This document shows, piece by piece, positions 56,813 to 64,000 of a stretch of 64,000 nt of DNA; the first letter of the stretch is position 1; every line of letters begins with the position of its first letter. A program made the translations under genes and the position numbers. The notes below the pieces were generated by a model. It worked only from the letters and a program-made list of their open reading frames with translations, was not told the origin of the DNA and searched no databases. The stretch is from Kiritimatiellia bacterium (lineage in GTDB: Bacteria; Verrucomicrobiota; Kiritimatiellia; RFP12; UBA1067): assembly GCA_017395505.1 (NCBI GenBank), contig JAFPUH010000001.1:4044-68043 (forward strand), written 5' to 3'.

Positions 56813-57943
56813 ATGGATATTTCGATGAAAGACCTGCTCGCCGCGATGATCGACGAAGGCGGCAGCGACCTCCACATCCGCGCCTACATGCCGCCGGAGC
56901 TTCGCGTGCACGGCGAGCTTCTGCCGCTTGCCGACGAAGACCTCACAGAAGAGGACAGCTACAACCTCTGCCGCGAGATTTCGACCGACGAGCACATGGC
57001 CGAGGTCGAGAAGAACGGCGGCGCCGACTACGCCATCGCCTTCCGCGACCTCTGCACTCCCGAGGAGCAGGAGGCCGAAGACGAGAAGCGCCTCGCCACG
57101 CGTTTCCGTGTCTCTGTCTTCAAGGAGCGCAAGCGCTACGGCATGGTCCTCCGCCAGATTCCGGCGACCCTGCTTACGATGGAGCAGCTCGGCCTGCCGC
57201 CCGTCGTCAAGGAACTCCTCTTCAAGCCGCGCGGCCTCATTCTCGTCACCGGCCCCACGGGCTCGGGCAAGTCCACGACCCTCGCCTCGATGCTGAATGT
57301 CATCAACCACGAGCGCAGCGTGCACATAATCACGATCGAAGATCCTATCGAATTCTACCACAAGTCTGCCAAGTCGCTCATAACCCAGCGCGAGGTCGGC
57401 GACGACGTGCCGAGCTTTGCCGAGGCCATCCGCCGCGCCCTCCGCCAGGACCCCGACGTCATACTCGTCGGCGAAATGCGCGACATCGAGACGATCGGCG
57501 CCGCCGTGACGGCCGCCGAAACCGGCCACCTCGTCTTCGGTACCCTCCACACGACCGGCGCCGCAGAAACCGTCGACCGCATAATCGATGCCTTCCCGAC
57601 CAACCAGCAGGCACAGGTCAGAACCCAGCTCGCCGCGGGACTCCAGGCCGTCATCTCCCAGATACTCCTGCCGAAGCTCGACGCCAACGGCGAGGTTCAC
57701 GGTCGCGTCGCCGCCTTCGAGATCATGACCTCCACCGACGCCATACGCTCGCGTATCCGCGACGGAAAGACGAACATGATCAAGAGCGACCTGCAGACCG
57801 GCGCGAAGTACGGCATGCAGACCCTCGACTCCCACCTTACCCAGCTCTACAAGTCCGGCCTGATCGCCTATGACGAACTCATCACCAAGTCGCAGGATCC
57901 CGACAGCGTCGTCCAGAAGCTTAAAGAGGAAATGGGGCGCTAA
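56813..57943 (+). CDS. pilT: type IV pilus retraction ATPase
   Basis: SDLH, TGPTGSGKSTT, IEDPIE, QREVG, ALRQDPD.I.VGEMRD, AIRS.IR, GMQT. Confidence 0.93.
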   Translation: MDISMKDLLAAMIDEGGSDLHIRAYMPPELRVHGELLPLADEDLTEEDSYNLCREISTDEHMAEVEKNGGADYAIAFRDLCTPEEQEAEDEKRLATRFRVSVFKERKRYGMVLRQIPATLLTMEQLGLPPVVKELLFKPRGLILVTGPTGSGKSTTLASMLNVINHERSVHIITIEDPIEFYHKSAKSLITQREVGDDVPSFAEAIRRALRQDPDVILVGEMRDIETIGAAVTAAETGHLVFGTLHTTGAAETVDRIIDAFPTNQQAQVRTQLAAGLQAVISQILLPKLDANGEVHGRVAAFEIMTSTDAIRSRIRDGKTNMIKSDLQTGAKYGMQTLDSHLTQLYKSGLIAYDELITKSQDPDSVVQKLKEEMGR

Positions 57944-57946
57944 ACG

Positions 57947-59638
57947 ATGCTAGACCCGATACTCCAGATTCTTGTCCAGAACGGATACCTCGACGAGGCC
58001 TCCGCCCAGGACGTGCAGGATGTCGCGAAGTCCGAGGGCAAGAGCGTCCGCCAGACCGTCCTCGACCAGGAGATCCTCTCCGAGGACGACCTGCTGGCGG
58101 CGATGGCCGCCTATCAGGATACCGAGGCCATCGACCTCGCCTCGATGACGATCGAGACCGACGTGACCGAGGCCATCCCCGCCTCGACCGCCCGAATGTA
58201 CAACGTCTTCCCCGTGGCCGCCGACGACGCGTCCGTGACCCTCGCGACGTTCGACCTCGTCGACCCCAGAATCTCCGACGAGATGCTCTTCACACTCTCG
58301 AAGGAGGTGCGCTTCGTCTTCGCCCGCGAGAAGGACGTGATGGACCGCATCTCCCAGTACTACGGGGACTCGAACGATTCCGTCGCCGACATGATCAAGT
58401 CGCTTGGCGAGGGCATGACGGACGATGAAGGGCTCGCCGGCGCCGACGCCAACGACATCGCTTCGATGGAGAGTGCCGCCAACTCGTCCGCGATCATCCG
58501 CTTCGTCAACCTCATCCTCTACCAGGGCGTCGTCGACCGCGCGGCCGACATCCATATCGAACCCTTCGAGAACGACTTCAAGATCCGCTACCGTGTCGAT
58601 GGCGCCCTCTACGCCATGAAGGCGCCCGACGTGAAGATGGCCCCCGCCATCATCTCGCGCATCAAGATCCTTGCGAACCTCAACATCTCCGAGCGCCGCG
58701 TGCCGCAGGACGGCCGTATCGCCCTGACCGTCGCCGGCAAGCCTGTCGACCTTCGTGTCAGCTGCCTCCCGACCGCCCACGGCGAGTCCGTCGTCATGCG
58801 TATTCTCGACCAGTCTGCGACCTCTCTCGACCTCGAGAACGTCGGCCTGCCCGAAGACGTCTATGAGCAGGTCACGATGGATGTCGAGAAGCCTAACGGA
58901 ATCTTCATCGTTACCGGTCCTACCGGCTCCGGCAAGACAACCACCCTCTACTCGATCCTGCGGCGCATCAACCAGATCGACACCAAACTCCTCACCGCCG
59001 AGGAACCTGTCGAATACAATGTGGACGGAATCGTCCAGGTGCCGATCGACCCGAAGGCCGGCAATACGTTCGCCAAGGTGCTGCGCGCCTTCCTGCGTCA
59101 AGACCCCGACGTGATGATGATCGGCGAGATCCGTGACCTCGAGACGGCCGAGATCGCCATCCAGGCCGCCCTTACAGGCCACTTCGTCTTCTCGACCCTC
59201 CATACGAACGACGCCGCCGGCGCCGTTACCCGCTTCGTCGACATGAACGTCGCGCCCTACCTGCTGTCGTCCACCCTCGAGGGTGTGCTGGGCCAGCGTC
59301 TCGTCAGAACCTGCTGCAAGGAGTGCAAGACCCCCTACGAGCCCGACGACGAGACCCTCGAGCGTATCGAGATGACCCGCGACCAGATCGGCGGCCGCCC
59401 GTTCTACTTCGGCAAGGGCTGCAAGGTCTGCAACGGTACGGGCTACAAGGGACGCAAGGCCGTCGTCGAATACCTGCGCGTCTCCAACCCCCTGCGCGAG
59501 CTTATCAACAACCGCGCCCCGACTCTCATCCTCCGCGAGAAGGCTCGCGAGCTCGGAATGCGCACGATGCGCGAGCATGGCATACAGGCCATCCTCGACG
59601 GCTACACAACCGTCGACGAGGTGCTGCGCTACACTTGA
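57947..59638 (+). CDS. PilB/GspE assembly ATPase (copy 2)
   Basis: Same motif set as copy 1 with Asp-box variant TAEEPVE. Confidence 0.93.
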   Translation: MLDPILQILVQNGYLDEASAQDVQDVAKSEGKSVRQTVLDQEILSEDDLLAAMAAYQDTEAIDLASMTIETDVTEAIPASTARMYNVFPVAADDASVTLATFDLVDPRISDEMLFTLSKEVRFVFAREKDVMDRISQYYGDSNDSVADMIKSLGEGMTDDEGLAGADANDIASMESAANSSAIIRFVNLILYQGVVDRAADIHIEPFENDFKIRYRVDGALYAMKAPDVKMAPAIISRIKILANLNISERRVPQDGRIALTVAGKPVDLRVSCLPTAHGESVVMRILDQSATSLDLENVGLPEDVYEQVTMDVEKPNGIFIVTGPTGSGKTTTLYSILRRINQIDTKLLTAEEPVEYNVDGIVQVPIDPKAGNTFAKVLRAFLRQDPDVMMIGEIRDLETAEIAIQAALTGHFVFSTLHTNDAAGAVTRFVDMNVAPYLLSSTLEGVLGQRLVRTCCKECKTPYEPDDETLERIEMTRDQIGGRPFYFGKGCKVCNGTGYKGRKAVVEYLRVSNPLRELINNRAPTLILREKARELGMRTMREHGIQAILDGYTTVDEVLRYT

Positions 59639-59651
59639 TTTTATGAGGTAA

Positions 59652-60683
59652 ATGGAAATGCCAAGAAACGATATCGACTGGACAAATCTGGGCTTCGGCT
59701 TTTCGGATGTCAACTGCCACATCCGCTATACGTGGAAGGACGGCAGGTGGGGCGAGCCCGAGTTTCTGAAGGATCCCTACATAACGATGCATATCGGCGC
59801 CTCCTGCCTTCACTACGGCCAGGAGTGCTTCGAGGGTATGAAGGCCTTCCGCCAGAAGAGCGGCAAGATCGTGATCTTCCGTCCCGAAGAGAACGCGAAG
59901 CGTATGTACCGCACCGCCGTCCGCTGCGTGATGCCGCCCGTCCCCGAGGAGATGTTCCTCGAGGCCCTCGACAAGGTCGTCGCCGCCAATGAGGAGTTCG
60001 TGCCGCCCTACGGAACCGGCGGCTCGCTCTACCTGCGTCCGCTCCTCATAGGAACCGGCCCCCAGATCGGCGTCGCCCCCGCGAAGGAGTACACCTTCAT
60101 GGTGATGGTGATGCCCGTCGGCGCCTACTACAAGGGCGGACTCAAGCCCGTCCGCGCCGTGATCCTCGACGATTGGGACCGCGCCGCCCCCAACGGAATG
60201 GGCGACGTCAAGGTCGGCGGCAACTACGCCGCCTCCCTCTTCGCCCACGAGAAGGCGAAGCACGACGGCTGGCCCGTCGAGCTCTACCTCGACGCGAAGA
60301 CCCATACATATGTGGAGGAGTTCTCCACCTCGAACTTCCTCGGTATCAAGGCTGACGGAACCTACGTGACGCCCGACAGCCATTCTGTCCTGCCCTCCGT
60401 CACCAACATGTCCCTCAAGCAGGTCGCCGCCGACCTCGGCTGGCCCGTCGAGTGCCGTCCCGTGCCCTATGAGGAGATAAAGACCTTCTCCGAGGTCGCC
60501 GCCTGCGGAACGGCCGTCGTAGTGACCCCCGTCTGGGAGATCACCCGCGGTTCGGAAGTCATAAAGATCTCCAAGCCCGACGCCGTCGGCCCTCACCTTC
60601 AAAAGCTCTTCGAGACCGTTCAGGGCATACAGTACGGCGACCTTGAAGACACCCACGGCTGGTGCCACGAGGTTCCTCTCTGA
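59652..60683 (+). CDS. ilvE: branched-chain amino acid aminotransferase
   Basis: LHYGQ..FEG.KA, LYLRP, KVGGNYA, LPSVT, GTA.VV.P. Confidence 0.95.
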   Translation: MEMPRNDIDWTNLGFGFSDVNCHIRYTWKDGRWGEPEFLKDPYITMHIGASCLHYGQECFEGMKAFRQKSGKIVIFRPEENAKRMYRTAVRCVMPPVPEEMFLEALDKVVAANEEFVPPYGTGGSLYLRPLLIGTGPQIGVAPAKEYTFMVMVMPVGAYYKGGLKPVRAVILDDWDRAAPNGMGDVKVGGNYAASLFAHEKAKHDGWPVELYLDAKTHTYVEEFSTSNFLGIKADGTYVTPDSHSVLPSVTNMSLKQVAADLGWPVECRPVPYEEIKTFSEVAACGTAVVVTPVWEITRGSEVIKISKPDAVGPHLQKLFETVQGIQYGDLEDTHGWCHEVPL

Positions 60684-62413
60684 ACTCCTGGCTCGAGCGG
60701 GAAGCGCCTGAAGCGCTGGTCGGCGGTCTCGTAGCCGCCGGCTACTCCCCGCTCCTCTCCAGACTCCTTGCCTCGAGGGGCGTCTCGGCCGAAGAGGCGC
60801 CCGCCTTCTTTTCTCCCTCGATCGCCAACCTCGCGCGCCCTACCGACCTGCCCGGCGTCGAGGAGGCCTCCGAAGTGATTCTCGACGCCGTCTCGCGCGG
60901 CGAAAAGATCGTCATCTTCGGCGACTACGACTGCGACGGCGTCTGTGCGAGCTCGATCCTTGCGATTGCGATCGGCGCCATATCCAAGCCCGGCTCCCGG
61001 CCCTCGGTGTTCCTCCCGGAACGCCTAAAAGAGGGCTACGGCATGACCTCCGCGAGCGTCGCGCGCATGCTCTCGGAGAATCCCTCCGTAAAGCTGGTCA
61101 TCACCGTCGACAACGGCATCAACTCCATCGAAGAGGTCGCCCGCCTCAAGTCCCGCGGTATCTCCGTCGTCGTAACCGACCACCACCTGCCGGGCGACGA
61201 ACTGCCCGCCGCCGATGCCCTCGTCAACCCCAAGGTGTCCGCCCCGCCCCACCTCGAGCCCCTCTGCGGCGCCGGCGTTGCCTTCATGCTGGCCAATGCC
61301 GTCGTCACCAAGGCTCGCAAAAGGGCTCTCTACTCGGGGCCTAATGTTGGCGGACCCCTCCTCGTGCTCGCGGGCCTTGCGACGGTGACGGACATAATGC
61401 CCATCGTCGGACAGAACCGCATCCTCGTCTCCGAGGCCCTCAGGCGCTTCCGTACCCTCGCCCCCGCCGGACTCAAGGAGCTCTACGCCCGCGCCGCTCG
61501 CTCCGCCGTCCAGCCCCTCACCTCCCGCGACTTCGGCTTTCTGATAGGCCCGCGCATAAACGCCGCGGGACGCATGGCGACGGCGATGGACGCCCTGCGC
61601 TTAATTCTCTCCACCGACCGCGAGAAGTGCCGCGCCTATGCCCAGATCGTCGACATCCGCAACATCGAGCGCAAGAACATCGAACAGACCATGCTTGACG
61701 AGGCCCTCTCAAAGATCGTCCCCGGCGCCCCGGCTCAAGTCATAGACCTGCCTGACGGACACCAGGGTGTCGCCGGTATCGTCGCTTCGCGCATTCTCGA
61801 GCGGCTCGTTGACGATCCGTCATCCGGCGGACCCAGGCCCGTCTGCGTCGTCGTCGCCGGCCACGGCTCGGCCCGCGCCCCCGAGGGATATAACGTCCGC
61901 GAGGCCTTCCTGCATGCGGCGGACGCCCTCGAGCGGTTCGGCGGACACGCCGCCGCCGGCGGTTTCTCCGTGAAGCCTGGCGAAGTCGACAGATTCCGCA
62001 AACTTTTCTGCGAGGGATGCGCCAAGCAGCTCGTCGACCGCCCGCCCGAGACATGCGGAGCCTCCTACCTCGACGCGTGGGTCGAGCCAAGCGACCTCAC
62101 CCTCGAGTTCGCCGAGGCCGTCCAGCGCCTCGAGCCCTTCGGCGAGGGCAATCCCGAGCCTCTTTTCGGACTCCGCGGCGTCTCTCTCAGCGAAGTCAGG
62201 CAGGTCGGCGATAAGGGACGCCACCTCGCCGTCTCCTTCAAGCAGAACGACATCCCGAAGTCCGTCTGGTGGAACAAGGGCGAGCGCATAGAGTCCATCC
62301 GCGCCGCCTCCTCGAGTCCCTGCGACGTCGTCTTCACCCTCGAAGTCAGCGATTACATGGCTCGTCACGCCGAACTTCGCATAGTCGACATCTCGCCATG
62401 CAGTCGCTCGTAA
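60662..62413 (+). CDS. recJ: single-stranded DNA exonuclease
   Basis: GDYDCDG, TVDNG, TDHH, GPRINAAGR, GSAR, FGGH..A.G, PFGEGN.EP. Confidence 0.94.
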   Translation: MPRGSSLNSWLEREAPEALVGGLVAAGYSPLLSRLLASRGVSAEEAPAFFSPSIANLARPTDLPGVEEASEVILDAVSRGEKIVIFGDYDCDGVCASSILAIAIGAISKPGSRPSVFLPERLKEGYGMTSASVARMLSENPSVKLVITVDNGINSIEEVARLKSRGISVVVTDHHLPGDELPAADALVNPKVSAPPHLEPLCGAGVAFMLANAVVTKARKRALYSGPNVGGPLLVLAGLATVTDIMPIVGQNRILVSEALRRFRTLAPAGLKELYARAARSAVQPLTSRDFGFLIGPRINAAGRMATAMDALRLILSTDREKCRAYAQIVDIRNIERKNIEQTMLDEALSKIVPGAPAQVIDLPDGHQGVAGIVASRILERLVDDPSSGGPRPVCVVVAGHGSARAPEGYNVREAFLHAADALERFGGHAAAGGFSVKPGEVDRFRKLFCEGCAKQLVDRPPETCGASYLDAWVEPSDLTLEFAEAVQRLEPFGEGNPEPLFGLRGVSLSEVRQVGDKGRHLAVSFKQNDIPKSVWWNKGERIESIRAASSSPCDVVFTLEVSDYMARHAELRIVDISPCSRS

Positions 62414-63033
62414 TAGCTCCGTATCTCGTCTGGATGGCGCTGATGCTCGCCCTGCCTTCGTCAGCGGCGGCGTATGCCGTCAGAACCGCCGCCGCCGGAA
62501 CCCTGCTCGCGACCCTCGTGATCTTCGGCGGCAGGCTCCGCATGCCGTCCCGCGCTTCCATCCTCTGGGGCGTCGGCGCCGGACTTCTCGTCTGCCTGCT
62601 CTGGATATGGCCCGAGAGCTTCGAATTCTACCGCCGCTTTTTCATCGTCGGCCCGGCCGCACCCCCCGATGCCCCCTCGCCCTACGATCCCGCGGTCTGC
62701 GGCTGGACGCTCACCCTCATAAAGCTCGCCGGCAGCGCCTTCGTTATCGCCCCGGCCGAAGAGCTCTTCTTCCGCAGCTTCCTCTACCGCTGGATACAGG
62801 GCGGCGACTCCGCCGGCGCCCGCCTCGACCGCTTCGACCTCACCGCATTCCTCTGGACCGTCGGCCTCTTCGCCCTCGAGCACGACCGCTACCTTGCCGG
62901 AGCGATCGCCGGCGCCGTCTACGGCCTCCTCGCCATCCGCAAAGGCCTCGCCTCCGCCATAATCGCCCACGTTGTCACCAACCTCACCCTCGCCCTCTAC
63001 ATTCTCCTCACCGCCTCCTGGCAATTCTGGTAA
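62398..63033 (+). CDS. CPBP/CAAX-protease family intramembrane metalloprotease
   Basis: EELFFRSFL.R, FALEH, AHVVTN. Confidence 0.87.
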   Translation: MQSLVIAPYLVWMALMLALPSSAAAYAVRTAAAGTLLATLVIFGGRLRMPSRASILWGVGAGLLVCLLWIWPESFEFYRRFFIVGPAAPPDAPSPYDPAVCGWTLTLIKLAGSAFVIAPAEELFFRSFLYRWIQGGDSAGARLDRFDLTAFLWTVGLFALEHDRYLAGAIAGAVYGLLAIRKGLASAIIAHVVTNLTLALYILLTASWQFW

Positions 63034-63038
63034 ACCGG

Positions 63039-63504
63039 TAGTCCTTTCTACGACTACAACTATTAACTACGGCTTTTAATTGCGCTTCGCGCGACCACGA
63101 AAAGCTGTGACTCAACTTTACTCATCATTGCCAATTAGCGAAGTAACGCTGATTTTCGATTATGGGTTAAGTAGGCTTGTTTCCCAAGCGAGATGCGCCT
63201 GCGACGAAGTCGTCAGGTTGGGTGAGCGAAGCGAACTGCGAAGCATATCCACCGACCAATGGTCGCTGCCGAAGGCAGTCGCTAGAGTGGTGCCGCAAGG
63301 CCCCGCGGCGAGCATCAAGAGGCGGGGCAGCATTTCGGCGCATGATGTAATGGTCGCGAAACCGAGTGGTGAAGACCCGATTTGTCGAAGGCGCCTAGCG
63401 GCCATAGTTAGGCTCTCCAAGCTAAGCCGCGTAAGGCCCGGAGCAAATCGATGTCGAATCCCGAAGGTTTCACGAATTGCCAGACTGTATCCAGGCTGGC
63501 AATA
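63039..63504. other. hairpin-rich non-coding element of unknown type
   Basis: Many short stems with GAA/GCAA loops plus longer stems at 63069-63108 and 63477-63504. No convincing protein. Confidence 0.4.
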
Positions 63505-63568
63505 ATGAAATCACTAGCGCCGAAACGATGCACCGCCTCGAAATTTATGGTATAATACATTCATAAAC

Positions 63569-63964
63569 ATGAGTGGTTCTCTGCCCATGTTCGCGCCTGT
63601 CGTACAGAAAGTGAAGTATTCCCCGCATACTCCACGGGGCGAGAGCTTATGCTCGAGCCCCGGTACGGATGCGCCGAAGAAGCTTTGCTTCGGAGGGAAG
63701 CCGCACGCAGTGCGTCCGAAGGACCCGCAAGGGGCCGCGCGAGAGCTTGGGAGGAATGAACTTTTGTTCGTCTCTTTCTGCATAGAGATGTATGCGCGTC
63801 GTCATGGAATGGATGGCGGCTCTGTATTGCGTCTTTTCGATGAAAAGGGCGTTTGCGACTTTCTTGTCGATTGCTACGACCCGCTTCACTCCCAAGACAG
63901 GGAGTACATAGTGGATGAAATAGAGCTGTTTATGAAAGGCGCCGCAAACAATGCCAACGCTTGA
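63569..63964 (+). CDS. DUF3791-like protein (true start uncertain)
   Basis: C-terminal FVSFCIEMYA...F...GV..FL..CYD.LHSQ...YIVDEI pattern. TGGTATAAT at 63548. Confidence 0.75.
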   Translation: MSGSLPMFAPVVQKVKYSPHTPRGESLCSSPGTDAPKKLCFGGKPHAVRPKDPQGAARELGRNELLFVSFCIEMYARRHGMDGGSVLRLFDEKGVCDFLVDCYDPLHSQDREYIVDEIELFMKGAANNANA

Positions 63965-64000
63965 TCTATATCATGGCGGCGAGTCGCCAGTTTTCGCGCC
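63951..64000 (+). CDS. start of a probable DUF3990-like protein (partial)
   Basis: MPTLDLYHGG... overlapping the end of the DUF3791-like gene; these two families are usually paired. Confidence 0.5.
   Translation, partial: MPTLDLYHGGESPVFA

Noticed and set aside
55676-59722. 719-aa and 590-aa minus-strand ORFs
   Set aside because: Antisense shadows of pilB, pilT and pilB.
63080-63505. 141-aa plus-strand ORF and the opposite 86-aa ORF
   Set aside because: TTG start without an RBS, atypical codon use and no motifs; the sequence is better explained by hairpins.
1-64000. tRNA, rRNA or IS transposase genes
   Set aside because: No cloverleaf, rRNA-like or DDE/HUH transposase sequence was recognised by eye; a tRNAscan/Infernal run would be needed to confirm absence.

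Overview
GC-rich chromosome segment from a Gram-negative bacterium. It encodes MsbA- and LpxL-like proteins, and the gene content is compatible with a gut/rumen PVC-lineage organism such as Kiritimatiellae (inference only). From 1 to ~26 kb it carries housekeeping genes: a SNF2 helicase running off the left edge, RluA, a Crp/Fnr regulator, fabD-fabG-acpP, efp coupled to a polyamine operon, purE and LPS glycosyltransferases. From ~26.3 to 46.3 kb lies a visibly more AT-rich surface-glycan island with glycosyltransferases, acyltransferases, two DUF1796 proteins, fdtA- and fdtB-like genes, a toxin-antitoxin pair, an HU-like gene and three solo AAA ATPase genes, each with its own operator-like repeats. 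From 46.3 to 63 kb the genes are housekeeping again: ispF, cstA, GS type III, folE/queD/queC, pilB-pilT-pilB, ilvE and recJ. The window ends in a hairpin-rich non-coding stretch and a DUF3791/DUF3990-like pair. The main discovery candidate is a ~1.1 kb segment (36936-38050) bounded by perfect 18-bp inverted repeats. It contains a tyrosine recombinase gene and an outward-facing promoter, and sits between two apparently promoterless, divergent operons that begin with two different amino-sugar N-acyltransferase types. This looks like a self-encoded either/or inversion switch for surface-glycan decoration. All product calls come from motif recognition by eye; no database searches were run.
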